Below are positions 49,706 to 62,891 of a DNA stretch of 64,000 nt, in pieces (positions within the stretch are counted from its first letter, which is position 1; each line of letters begins with the position of its first letter). The notes beneath the pieces are model-generated. The model made no database searches and had not been told where the DNA came from. It saw nothing but the letters and a program-made list of their open reading frames with translations. Source of the DNA: Novosphingobium sp. (GTDB taxonomy: Bacteria; Pseudomonadota; Alphaproteobacteria; Sphingomonadales; Sphingomonadaceae); contig NZ_JAUYNB010000031.1 of the NCBI RefSeq assembly GCF_030699305.1, positions 6,492 through 70,491 of the forward strand. Direction: 5' to 3'. A program made the position numbers and the translations under genes.

Positions 49706-50167
49706 ATGCTATCGCAGAAAACCCGCTATACGATCCGCGCCTTGCAGCACCTTGCCGACACCTGGCGGCAGGGTCCGGTGCGGCTGGATACCATCGCGGA
49801 AACGCAGAACATCCCGCGCAAGTTCCTGACCGTTATTCTGGCGGAAATGGTGCGCGAGGGACTGGTTATCTCGCACCGCGGGCGGGACGGCGGCTATGAA
49901 CTGGGATTGGCCCCGGTCGATATCCGGTATGGCGACATCATCCGCCTGACGCGCGGCAGCCTGGCGCTGGTCCCGTGCGCCAGCCGCAACGCGCACGAAA
50001 CCTGCCAGAACTGCCTGCCCGAAGCCGATTGCCGCCTGCGCGGCTTGATGCTGACCCTGCGCGATGAGATGGCGGCGATGCTGGACCGGGTCAGCCTGGC
50101 CGATCAGATCACGCTGGAACCGCCATTTCCCGATGCGTCGGTGCAGGAACAGCAAGCGGCTGAGTAA
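49706..50167 (+). CDS. Rrf2-family transcriptional regulator
   Basis: KTRYTIRAL, IPRKFL, SHRGRDGGYEL, Cys cluster CASRNAHETCQNC...C. Confidence 0.93.
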   Translation: MLSQKTRYTIRALQHLADTWRQGPVRLDTIAETQNIPRKFLTVILAEMVREGLVISHRGRDGGYELGLAPVDIRYGDIIRLTRGSLALVPCASRNAHETCQNCLPEADCRLRGLMLTLRDEMAAMLDRVSLADQITLEPPFPDASVQEQQAAE

Positions 50168-51200
50168 GCGCTTCGGTCAGCGCGTCGGTGAACTGGTCGG
50201 TCGCCCGATCCCACCCGAAGCTGGCCCCATAGACCGCCGCTGCCAGCGGATCCAGGCGCAGTGCCCGCTGGATCGCGTAGGCCAGGTTTTCATTCAGCAC
50301 GCCGACCGTGGCGGGCATCGTGCCATCCGTGCCGCGCCCGTCCGGCCCCAGCACGTCCAGCGGACCGGGGACCGGGAATGCAGCAACGGGCAGCCCGCAG
50401 GCGAGCGCTTCGATCAGGACCAGCCCGAAGGTGTCGGTCCGGCTGGGGAACACGAACACATCGGCTGAACAATAGGCCCGCGCCAGATCCTCGCCGGTCA
50501 GCGCACCCATGAACCGGACTTCGGGATAGCGCAGCCGCAAGCGGTTCAGTTCCGGCCCTTCGCCGACCACCACCTTGGTGCCGGTGACGGGGGTGTCGAG
50601 GAACGCGGGCAGGTTCTTTTCGGCGGCAACCCGCCCGACATACAGCATGATCGGGCCGGGCAATGCGGCAAGTTCGGGCAGCGGAGCATGACCGGGGCGG
50701 AATACCTCGCGGTCGATCCCCCGGGACCACAGCCGCCACTGCGGCAGGCCGCGCGTGGCCAGTTCAACGCCCAGCGCCGGGGTCGATACCAGCACCGCGC
50801 GGCTGGCGGCGTGGAACCGGCGCATCAGCGGCCAGAACCGTTCCGCATCCAGCCCGGTGCGCAGCGCGGCATAATCGGGAAAGCGCGTGTGGAACGCGCT
50901 GGTAAACGGCACGGCGTTGGCCAGGCACCAGCGCCGCGCGCTCCAGCCGATCGGGCCTTCGGTCGCGATATGGACGATATCCGGCGCGAACGCCGTCAGC
51001 GTCCGCCGCGTGCCAAAGCGCGGGGCCAGCGCCAGCCGGATCTCGCTGTAACCGGGCAGGGGCAGGGTGTGAAACTGATCGGGCGTCACCAGTTCCACCG
51101 CGTGGCCGCGCTGAACCAGCTGATGAACGGTCATCGCCAGCGAACGGACCACGCCGTTGACTTGCGGGTGCCAGGCGTCGGTGCAGATCGCGATCCTCAT
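50109..51200 (-). CDS. GT4 glycosyltransferase (Agt-like glycolipid synthase)
   Basis: TDAWHPQVNGVV, HIATEGPIG, FHTRFP, YVGRVAAEKN, FPSRTDTFGLVLIEA. Confidence 0.88.
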   Translation of the reverse strand: MRIAICTDAWHPQVNGVVRSLAMTVHQLVQRGHAVELVTPDQFHTLPLPGYSEIRLALAPRFGTRRTLTAFAPDIVHIATEGPIGWSARRWCLANAVPFTSAFHTRFPDYAALRTGLDAERFWPLMRRFHAASRAVLVSTPALGVELATRGLPQWRLWSRGIDREVFRPGHAPLPELAALPGPIMLYVGRVAAEKNLPAFLDTPVTGTKVVVGEGPELNRLRLRYPEVRFMGALTGEDLARAYCSADVFVFPSRTDTFGLVLIEALACGLPVAAFPVPGPLDVLGPDGRGTDGTMPATVGVLNENLAYAIQRALRLDPLAAAVYGASFGWDRATDQFTDALTEALTQPLAVPAPTHREMAVPA

Positions 51201-52069
51201 GCGTATTCCTTCTCTTCCAAAACCGTGGTGACAGTGCCCTTGGCCGCGCGCAGGCGGCATTCCTCGGCCCAGTCGATCAGGCTGATCGTGCCGTCGCGCG
51301 CTTCGGCCAGCGCCGTGCAGCTTTCGACCCAGTCGCCGTCGTTGTAATAGGTGATGTCGCCAATCTGGCGGATTTCGGCACTGTGGATGTGGCCGCACAC
51401 CACCCCGTCGACGAACTGGTCACGCGCGGCATGGGCCACGGCTTCCTCATACGCGCCGATGAACTGGACCGCGTTCTTGACGCGCTTTTTCAGATAGGCG
51501 GACAGCGACCAGTACGGCAGCTTGAACCGCCGCCGGACCGCGTTCAGCACCACGTTCAGCCGCAGCAGCACGGAATAGGCCTGGTCCCCCAGAAACGCGA
51601 GCCAGCGGGCATAGAGCACCACGCTGTCGAAACTGTCGCCGTGCGTCACCAGCAGGCGGCGACCATCGGCGGTGACGTGGATCGCATCGAGCGCCACTTC
51701 GACCCCGCCAAAGCTCATCCCCGCATAGGGGCGCAGCATCTCGTCGTGGTTGCCCGCGATCAGGATCACGCGTGTGCCGCCGTGTGCCATCTTGAGCACG
51801 CGGCGGACCACTTCGTTGTGCGCATCGGGCCAGTACCAGCCCTTGCGCAGCCGCCAGCCATCCAGAATATCGCCGACCAGATAGAGCACATCGCATTCGA
51901 CCGAGCGCAGGAAATCCAGCAGCATGACCGCATTGCAGCCGCGCGTGCCCAGGTGGATGTCCGAAATCCAGATCGTGCGATAGCGCTGCTTGGGCCGGAA
52001 TGCTTGTGGTTCAGGCAGGTCCAGCCAGGCGGGCAGGTTACTGATCGTGGTGCGTATCCGACTTGCCAT
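51197..52069 (-). CDS. Metallophosphoesterase, PlcP-like (often labelled UDP-2,3-diacylglucosamine diphosphatase)
   Basis: ISDIHLG, YLVGDILDGW, GNHD, HGDSFD, CGHIH, YYNDGDWVES; ATGA-coupled to GT4. Confidence 0.85.
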   Translation of the reverse strand: MASRIRTTISNLPAWLDLPEPQAFRPKQRYRTIWISDIHLGTRGCNAVMLLDFLRSVECDVLYLVGDILDGWRLRKGWYWPDAHNEVVRRVLKMAHGGTRVILIAGNHDEMLRPYAGMSFGGVEVALDAIHVTADGRRLLVTHGDSFDSVVLYARWLAFLGDQAYSVLLRLNVVLNAVRRRFKLPYWSLSAYLKKRVKNAVQFIGAYEEAVAHAARDQFVDGVVCGHIHSAEIRQIGDITYYNDGDWVESCTALAEARDGTISLIDWAEECRLRAAKGTVTTVLEEKEYA

Positions 52070-52118
52070 GGCGCTCTCCGGAATGGGCCAACTCGGAACC
52101 CTCCACTGCGCCGCGAAA

Positions 52119-52158
52119 GTTGCGGTTGCGTGGCAGGGCGGTGACGGTTCGGTTACAC
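52119..52158 (-). promoter_or_regulatory. Putative Pho-box array (four heptamers at 11-bp period)
   Basis: Minus strand GTGTAAC/CCGTCAC/CTGCCAC/CCGCAAC spaced exactly 11 bp; degenerate versus CTGTCAT. Confidence 0.5.
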
Positions 52159-52223
52159 AAGCGGGCCTGCAGCGGTCCGGCGCACAAAAGTTGCGCTTCA
52201 TCGCGTGGAAGCGAATCTGCACT

Positions 52224-52242
52224 TGTCTATCTATAAGGTAGA
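52224..52242 (-). promoter_or_regulatory. Putative Rrf2 operator B (TCTACC-N6-ATAGACA)
   Basis: AT-rich site 30 bp upstream of the yezD-like ORF. Confidence 0.5.
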
Positions 52243-52271
52243 GTTAGTGTCGGCGGCGAAGGAGCCGACCG

Positions 52272-52454
52272 ATGGAGCACCCAGTCTTGCCGCCTGCCGC
52301 CAACCGCAACAGCCCGCCCGGCCGGATTCCAGAGTCCGTGCTCGATGCCGTTTCGCGGGCGGTCGGCAAGCTGCGATTCGGGGTGGTCCAGCTGACCGTC
52401 CATGAAGGCCGGGTCGTCCAGCTCGATGTTACGGAGCGGCAGCGCTTCGGCTGA
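52272..52454 (+). CDS. YezD/DUF2292 (OscA-like) small protein
   Basis: LRFGVVQLTVHEGRVVQLDVTERQR. Confidence 0.88.
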   Translation: MEHPVLPPAANRNSPPGRIPESVLDAVSRAVGKLRFGVVQLTVHEGRVVQLDVTERQRFG

Positions 52455-52586
52455 TGCCCTCCGCCGGGCAGGTCCGGCCGCGCATGACCGGACCTGCCCG
52501 AACCCGTTAACCCGATACCAAAGCCACCCACCACCGTTGCAGACCGGACCACCGGATGCGGCCAATACCCTTCAGAGGAATTGGAA

Positions 52587-55013
52587 ATGCATTCGTTCGT
52601 CCGCACCGCCCTTGTCACGTCCGCCGCGTTCATCGCGGTTCCCGCGCTGGCTGCCGGTTTACCCGCCGATGACCAGCAGATTTCCGCGGCCGGTACCGGC
52701 GCGACCGCTCCGGAACAGGAAATCCTTGTCACGGCCCGCCGCCGTCAGGAAACCTCGCAAGAGGTGCCGCTGGCGATCTCGGTAGTAGGCGGCGATCATA
52801 TCGACAACACCGGCAGCTTCAATGTCGGCCGTCTGACCCAGCTGACCCCGTCGGTGACGTTCTATTCCTCCAACCCGCGCAACAGCGCCGCGAACATTCG
52901 CGGGCTGGGCGCGCCGTTCGGCCTGACCAACGACGGGATCGAGCAGGGCGTAGGCATTTATGTCGACGACGTCTATTATTCGCGCGCGGCGTCATCGACG
53001 TTCGACTTTCTGGACGTCGCCCAGATCGAAGTGCTGCGCGGCCCGCAAGGCACGCTCTATGGCAAGAACACCACGGCCGGTGCGATCAACATCGCGACCC
53101 GCCAGCCGACGTTCGACTTCGAAGGCCGCGCCGAAGTAACCGTCGGCAACCTCGGCTTCAAGCAGGCCAAGGCGGCGGTTTCCGGTCCGCTGTCCGATCG
53201 GCTGGCCGCGCGCATCGCGCTGTCGTCCACCAGCCGCCGGGGCACGATCTTCAACGTTACCAGCGGCAACTGGATCAACGAACAGGACAACCTCGGCCTG
53301 CGCGCCCAACTGCTGCTGCGCGCCACCGATACTCTCGATATCACGCTGGCCGGGGACTACAGCGCGCAGAATCCGGAATGCTGCGGCACGGTCTATGTTC
53401 GCACCGGATCGACCCAGCGACCGCTGGCCCGTCAATACGCCGCGCTGGCCGCCGCGCAGAACTTTACCGTGGTCAGCACCAACGCGTTTGACCGGCTGAC
53501 CGACATCGACGCCAACCTTAACGCGGGCAACAAGATCGGCGGGGCATCGCTGCGGATCAAATGGGATCTGGGTGCGGGTGAGTTTACTTCCGTGACGGCG
53601 TGGCGGTTCTGGGACTGGAAGCCGGAAAACGACCGCGATTTCACCGGCCTGCCGATCGTCACGAAATCACAGAACCCATCGCAGCAGAATCAATACACGC
53701 AGGAGTTCCGCTATTCGCAGAGCGGGGACCAGCTGGATTTCGTGCTGGGTGCGTTCGCCTATCACCAGCGGATCGACACGCAGGGGACTGAACAGCACGG
53801 CCCCGCGTCGAGCCGCTGGAACATCAATCCGACCAATGCGCTGGCCGGTGATCCGGCGGTGCTGAACGGGCTGACGGCGCTGAACACGCAGTACCTCATC
53901 AACACCAGCGCGGCGCTGTTCGGGCAGGCCAGCTGGAAAGTTACCGATGCCCTGTCGATCCAGCCGGGCGTGCGGCTGAACTATGACAAGAAGAAGGGCT
54001 TCTACGACCGCAAGGTGTTCGATGGGCTGGGCAATCCGGTGCTGCTGGGCCAGTCCGGGGCGGTGAAGGCGGCGCAACTGGCGATCTTTGCACCGCAATC
54101 CTACGCGCCAGAAGGCAGCGACTGGAACTTCAGCTATGACCTGACGCTCAGTTACGAACTGGCGGCCGATGTGCTGGCCTATGCGACGTATGCCAAGACC
54201 TTCAAGTCGTTCGGGATCAACCAGAACGGCGTCCCCAATGATACCACCGGCGTTCCGGCGCTGGCGGCGCAGACCATCCTGCCGGAATCGCTGAACCACT
54301 ATGAGGCCGGGATCAAGGCGCAGTTCTGGAACCGCAAGGCGACATTCAATCTGTCGATCTTCCGCACCGACATCACGGACTATCAGGCACAAGTCACCAA
54401 TGGCAGCCTGGGGCTGGTGCGCGGCTATCTGGCCAATGCCCAGCAGGTTCGTTCGCAAGGGATCGAGGTCGACTTTTCACTGCGGCCGAGTGACCGGTTC
54501 AACGTCTACGTCAACGGCGCATACAACGATGCAAAGTACCGCAAGTTCGTCGACGCGCCGTGCCCGCCGGAACTGTCGGGCGGTGGCAGCGGCGCGGTGA
54601 TCGGCGCGCCGGGCGTCCCCGGCACCAACAGCCCGGCCAATTGCGACATATCCGGCCAGCGCCTGCCCGGCGTGTCGGAATGGACCTTCAGTTACGGTGC
54701 GGAATACAATGTTCCGGCGAAGTTCCTGGGGCAGGACGGGCAGGTCTATCTGGGGTTTGACGGCAATTATCGCTCCAGCTTCTCGTCCAATCCCTCGCCC
54801 TCGGCCTACACCTGGGTGGACGGCTATTCGCTGAACAACTTCCGCCTCGGTTTCCGCACCGATGCCGGGTTCGACATTTTCGGCTGGGTGCGCAACGCCT
54901 TCGACGTCCAATTCTTCGAAGCGCTCAACGTGCCCGGCGGCAACACCGGGCTGATCACCGGGCAGCCGGGCGATCCGCGTACCTTTGGTGCGACAATCAA
55001 GGCGACGTTCTGA
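52587..55013 (+). CDS. TonB-dependent receptor (possibly organosulfur uptake)
   Basis: Signal peptide, EILVTARRR, EVLRGPQGTLYGKN, terminal TFGATIKATF; downstream of yezD. Confidence 0.92.
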   Translation: MHSFVRTALVTSAAFIAVPALAAGLPADDQQISAAGTGATAPEQEILVTARRRQETSQEVPLAISVVGGDHIDNTGSFNVGRLTQLTPSVTFYSSNPRNSAANIRGLGAPFGLTNDGIEQGVGIYVDDVYYSRAASSTFDFLDVAQIEVLRGPQGTLYGKNTTAGAINIATRQPTFDFEGRAEVTVGNLGFKQAKAAVSGPLSDRLAARIALSSTSRRGTIFNVTSGNWINEQDNLGLRAQLLLRATDTLDITLAGDYSAQNPECCGTVYVRTGSTQRPLARQYAALAAAQNFTVVSTNAFDRLTDIDANLNAGNKIGGASLRIKWDLGAGEFTSVTAWRFWDWKPENDRDFTGLPIVTKSQNPSQQNQYTQEFRYSQSGDQLDFVLGAFAYHQRIDTQGTEQHGPASSRWNINPTNALAGDPAVLNGLTALNTQYLINTSAALFGQASWKVTDALSIQPGVRLNYDKKKGFYDRKVFDGLGNPVLLGQSGAVKAAQLAIFAPQSYAPEGSDWNFSYDLTLSYELAADVLAYATYAKTFKSFGINQNGVPNDTTGVPALAAQTILPESLNHYEAGIKAQFWNRKATFNLSIFRTDITDYQAQVTNGSLGLVRGYLANAQQVRSQGIEVDFSLRPSDRFNVYVNGAYNDAKYRKFVDAPCPPELSGGGSGAVIGAPGVPGTNSPANCDISGQRLPGVSEWTFSYGAEYNVPAKFLGQDGQVYLGFDGNYRSSFSSNPSPSAYTWVDGYSLNNFRLGFRTDAGFDIFGWVRNAFDVQFFEALNVPGGNTGLITGQPGDPRTFGATIKATF

Positions 55014-55090
55014 TTTCCGGATAATCCCCCTGCCAATCTCGGCAGGGGGATTTGCGCGCGCGTGCATGTTCGCTAGAACGAGTCGCGAAC

Positions 55091-56754
55091 ATGCTGACCA
55101 GATTATCCATCCGCAACATCGTGCTGATCGAGGCGCTGGACCTCGATTTCGGGCATGGGCTGGGCGTGCTGACCGGGGAAACCGGGGCGGGCAAGTCGAT
55201 CCTGCTCGACGCGCTGGGGCTGGTGCTGGGCAACCGGGCCGACAGCGGGCTGGTGCGCGGCGGGGAAGAGCAGGCCAGCGTGGTCGCCAGCTTTGAATTT
55301 GCCCAGCTGCCCGCCGGAGTGCGGGCCGTGCTGGCCGAAGCGGAAGTGGACGTCGAACCGGGCGAGCCGTTGCTGATCAAGCGCCGGTTGAAAGCGGACG
55401 GCGGGTCCAAGGCCTTCGTCAACGACCAGCCGGTCAGCGCGGCGCTGCTGCGCGAACTCGCGCCGTTTCTGGTGGAACTGCACGGCCAGCACGACGACCG
55501 TGGGCTGGTCAATCCGCGCGGGCATCGCCAGCTGCTGGACCGCTATGCCCGCGCCGACGGGGCGGGCATGGATGCGGCGTGGAAAGCGTGGCGCACTGCG
55601 GCGGGCGCGCTCGAAGAACGCCGCGCAGCGATTGCGCAGGCGGCGGCGGACCGCGATCTGCTGCTGGCGCATCTGGCTGAACTGACCGCGCTGGCCCCGG
55701 TGGAGGGCGAGGAGGAAGACCTCGCCGCCGCCCGCGCTGATATGCAGAAGGGGGAGCGGCTGTCCGGCGATCTGGCCGAATTGCAGCACCTCTGGACCGG
55801 CTCGGATTCGGCGCTGGCGGCCCTGCGCGGCGCGGCGCGGCGGCTGGACCGGATCGCGGCGGAGCATCCCCTGCTGACCGAGGCATTGGAAGCGCTGGAC
55901 CGCGCCGTGATCGAGGCGGGCGAGGCCGAGGACAAGATTTCCCGCGCGGTTGAAGTCCTGGCCCATGATCCCGCCGCGCTCGACCGGATCGAAACCCGCC
56001 TGTTCGATCTGCGCGCACTGGCCCGCAAGCATTCCTGCCAGGTCGATGACCTGCCAGCAAAAATGCGCAGCATGCGCGAGCAGCTGGATGCGATCGAGGG
56101 CGGGGAAGCGGCGCTGGCCGGGCTGGAAGCGGCGGCGCAGGCGGCGGGCGATACCTATCGCGCGCTGGCCGCCGAAGTCTCCGCGCTGCGCCGCGCCGGG
56201 GCGGAGCGGCTGGACGCGGCGGTGGCGGCGGAACTCGCCCCGCTCAAGCTGGACGCGGCCCGCTTCCGCACCAGCGTGACCGCCTTGCCGGAGGACCGCT
56301 GGGGGCCAAGCGGCAGCGACGGCGTGGAATTCCTGATCTCGACCAACCCCGGCGCGGATTTCGCCCCGCTGGGCAAGATTGCAAGCGGAGGCGAACTCTC
56401 GCGCTTTATCCTCGCGCTCAAGGTTGCGCTGGCGGAGCAGGGCGGCGCGGCGACAGTGATCTTCGACGAAATCGACCGCGGCGTTGGCGGTGCGGTAGCG
56501 TCGGCGATTGGTGAGCGCTTGGCGCGGCTGGCTAGCGGGGGCCAGTTGCTGGCCGTCACGCACAGCCCGCAAGTCGCCGCGCGCGGCAACCGCCACTACG
56601 TGATCGCGAAATCGAGCGAGGGGACGGTGACGCGCACCTCGGTCCACCTGCTCGACGCGGACGGTCGGAGGCAGGAAATCGCCCGGATGCTGTCCGGCGC
56701 GGAAGTGACGCCAGAGGCGCGGGCGCAAGCGGACCGGTTGCTGGAGCGGGTGTG

Positions 56755-56755
<1 letters not shown>
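55091..56755 (+). CDS. recN: DNA repair protein RecN
   Basis: LTGETGAGKSI, ASGGELSR, FDEIDRGVGG, VTHSPQVAA. Confidence 0.97.
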
Positions 56756-60120
<3,365 letters not shown>

Positions 60121-60121
60121 T

Positions 60122-60625
60122 GTGCTCAACGAATTTCACCCGATTGCGGCGCGGATCGCCGAAGCGCTGAAAGCGCGGGGCGAGAAAATCGCGGTGGCGG
60201 ACGGGTCAACCGGCGGGCTGATCGCCGCAGCGTTGCTGACCGTTCCGGGGGCGCTGCAATTCTATGTCGGCGGGGGGATCGTCTATTCGCTGCGCGCCCG
60301 CGATGTGCTGTTCGATCTGCCGCGTGATGCCTATGCCGGAATGCGGTCCGCCACGAGCGAATATGCCGTGCTTCAGGCCCGCGCGATCCGGGACCGGTTC
60401 GGGGCGGAGTGGGGCATTGCCGAAACCGGTTCCGCCGGGGGCAGCGCGCACCCGCTGGGCGTGGCATCGGGGATCAGCGCTTGTGCGGTCGTCGGTCCCG
60501 GCGTGGAACAGGTCCGCGTGACCGAGACCGCCAGCGATGACCGGATCGGCAACATGGTGACCTTTACCCGCGCCGCGCTGAGCCTGCTGGACGGGGTGCT
60601 GGCGCAAGCCGGGGGGCAGAAATGA
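60122..60625 (+). CDS. CinA/PncC family protein
   Basis: KIAVADGSTGGLIAAAL, GGIVYS, GIAETGSAG. Confidence 0.85.
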   Translation: MLNEFHPIAARIAEALKARGEKIAVADGSTGGLIAAALLTVPGALQFYVGGGIVYSLRARDVLFDLPRDAYAGMRSATSEYAVLQARAIRDRFGAEWGIAETGSAGGSAHPLGVASGISACAVVGPGVEQVRVTETASDDRIGNMVTFTRAALSLLDGVLAQAGGQK

Positions 60626-61791
60626 CGTTCGGTCCGGGTGTGCCCGTCCGCTGGTCCCGTCTGGCCGCTGCGCTGCTCGCGGGGGCGGCGTTGGTTGGTG
60701 CCGGGGCGGCCCATGCCAGTCCCGAAGCTGTGCTGAACCGTTATTACGCGCAGGCGCCGCAGGACCCGGCCACCGCCTTTGCAGCGCTGGCAGAGGCCGC
60801 GCCGGGCTATCCGGACGATCCGCGCATCCAGCTGGAAGCGGGCTATTACCTGCTCCGGCAGGACCGTCAGGCCGAAGCGCTGCCGTGGTTCGAACGCGCG
60901 GTCGCGATCCAGCCGGAGCGCGCGGACCTGTGGCGGCAGATCGGCTATATCCGCAAGGCGCTGGGCCAGCGGGCCGGGGCGCTGGCGGCGTTCACCCGCG
61001 CGGTCGAAGTGGACCCGGCGGATGACGCGGCACGGGGCGAACTCGCCTATCTCAGTGAGGCCGATAACGCAGCCGGCGCGGCGGGCAAGGGCGATGTCTT
61101 TGCCGAAACGTACGCAGCGCCTGAGTACAACTCGCATTGGGACATGGCGGTACTGCCGGTCCAGGCGCGGGTCGGCGTGGTGCTGGCCGGTAGTCCGATG
61201 GTCGAAGGCTATCTGGGCGTGCGGATCAATGCCGACAGCCGCTCTGGCAGCGGACCATTCGGGCCGCAGGTCTTTACCGACAACATGGCTGCGCTGGCGG
61301 TGGGCCTGCGGGTTCGCCCGCTGACCGGCCTGGCGCTGTTCGTCGAAGGCGGCGCGGCTTATGATCTGGCCGACCGGGGGCGAACGCGCTGGCGCGGCGA
61401 TCTGCGCGGCGGGTTTCTCTATTTCAATGACTGGAACATGGCCCCGCGCGACGGCGGTGGCATCCGCCCGGTCGCGGACGTCTATGCCGACGGGATCTAT
61501 TATTCCCGCTATGACGACAACGTGCTGTTCACCGCCCGCGTCCGCCCCGGCCTGCGACTGGCGGAAAGTGAGCGCTGGGCGTTTGACGCCTATCTCCACG
61601 GCGCGGCCGGGTTCGACACCAAGGGGCTGCGCGACAACCGGTTCGAGGAACTGGGCGGCGGCGCGGCGGGGCGGCTGTTCGGACCGGCCGGCCTGACGTT
61701 CCGGGCGGAAGGCGTGCGGGTCTACCGGCATGACGGGCTGGCATCCTATACCACTGCCCGCATCAGGCTGGAGCATTTCGCGCGGTTCTAG
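60622..61791 (+). CDS. TPR-containing outer-membrane beta-barrel protein (hypothetical)
   Basis: Signal peptide, ~3 TPR-like repeats (ALPWFERAV, ALAAFTRAV), amphipathic strands, terminal Phe. Confidence 0.7.
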   Translation: MTFGPGVPVRWSRLAAALLAGAALVGAGAAHASPEAVLNRYYAQAPQDPATAFAALAEAAPGYPDDPRIQLEAGYYLLRQDRQAEALPWFERAVAIQPERADLWRQIGYIRKALGQRAGALAAFTRAVEVDPADDAARGELAYLSEADNAAGAAGKGDVFAETYAAPEYNSHWDMAVLPVQARVGVVLAGSPMVEGYLGVRINADSRSGSGPFGPQVFTDNMAALAVGLRVRPLTGLALFVEGGAAYDLADRGRTRWRGDLRGGFLYFNDWNMAPRDGGGIRPVADVYADGIYYSRYDDNVLFTARVRPGLRLAESERWAFDAYLHGAAGFDTKGLRDNRFEELGGGAAGRLFGPAGLTFRAEGVRVYRHDGLASYTTARIRLEHFARF

Positions 61792-61810
61792 GGACTGTCC
61801 AATCGCAAAA

Positions 61811-61898
61811 GCCCTTTCCCGGTGGGGAAGGGGTGGGATGGGGGCCTATCCTGTCGAGGTATAAACCCCACCCCAACCCCTCCCCACCGGGGAGGGGC
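61811..61898. repeat. REP-like inverted doublet, second sequence family
   Basis: GCCCTTTCCC-GGT-GGGGAAGGGG TGGGATGGGG ... CCCCACCCCAA CCCCTCCCC-ACC-GGGGAGGGGC between convergent genes. Confidence 0.8.
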
Positions 61899-61946
61899 AA
61901 TTTGCGCAAGAGCTTCACAGACTCCGGGCGCTCACCTCCGGCGCGA

Positions 61947-62891
61947 CTATTCGGGCAGCGTGCCGGGGCGTGAGCCGTAGACCCGGCCGCCGCCGCGTTT
62001 GCGCAGCCACAGGATCGACCAGTCACCGTTCACCAGCCGTCCCGCCAGCCGCATCCCGGCGCGGCGGCAGGCGGCGCGCACTTGCGGTTCCTGCGTTTCG
62101 AGCAGTCCGGCCAGCAGCAAGTGCCCACCCGGCACCAGTGTGCGGGCAAAATCGGGGGCGAGTGAAATCAGTGGTCCGGCCAGAATATTGGCGATCACCA
62201 GATCATATGGCCCGCGTGCGGCCAGCAGCGGATGGTCCATCCCATCGGCCACCAGCATGATCAGTTCACCGGGCCGCGCACCTATTGCTATGCCGTTCAG
62301 CGCGGCGTTGTCTTCCACCACGCCGACGCAGACGTGATCGATATCGCTCGCCGTGGCCAGCGCACGCGGCCACAGGTCCAGCGCGGCGAAGGCCAGCAGG
62401 CCCGTGCCGGTGCCGATATCGGCGCAGTTCTTCACCGCCACGCCGCTGCGCTTCATCGCGTCCAGCATGGCGAGGCACCCGGCGGTCGTGGCGTGCTGGC
62501 CGGTGCCGAACGCCTGACTGGCCGGAATGCAGAAATCGCGCACCCCCGGCTCGTTCAGCGGCGGATGGTCTGGCGTGTGAACATGGAACCGTCCGGCGCG
62601 GATCGGCTCCAGCCCCTGCTGGCTGGCGGTCAGCCAATCGGTTTCGGGCAGTTGCTCCAGATCGAACCTGGGCGGCTTGCCCGCGAACAGGCCGGTCAGC
62701 GCGGCCTTGTCGGCGCGGGATGGCTTGCGCGGCAGCCACGCTTCCAGCCGCCAGTCGTCCGGCTTGTCCTCGGCGATTTCGCTGCCGGATATGACGATGT
62801 CTGCGTCCCAGTCGAGCGCGTCCTCATGCGCCAGCAGCGCGCCTTCGATCACGGCGCGGGGGGCGTAGGTGGTGAGTTTCCAGCTGGTCAT
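61947..62891 (-). CDS. prmA: Ribosomal protein L11 methyltransferase
   Basis: SQAFGTGQHATT, DIGTGTGLLA, ANILAGPL, LLLAGLL. Confidence 0.93.
   Translation of the reverse strand: MTSWKLTTYAPRAVIEGALLAHEDALDWDADIVISGSEIAEDKPDDWRLEAWLPRKPSRADKAALTGLFAGKPPRFDLEQLPETDWLTASQQGLEPIRAGRFHVHTPDHPPLNEPGVRDFCIPASQAFGTGQHATTAGCLAMLDAMKRSGVAVKNCADIGTGTGLLAFAALDLWPRALATASDIDHVCVGVVEDNAALNGIAIGARPGELIMLVADGMDHPLLAARGPYDLVIANILAGPLISLAPDFARTLVPGGHLLLAGLLETQEPQVRAACRRAGMRLAGRLVNGDWSILWLRKRGGGRVYGSRPGTLPE

Noticed and set aside
51197-52069. LpxH lipid A enzyme
   Set aside because: GT4 coupling, the Pho-like array and the likely LPS-lacking lineage favour PlcP
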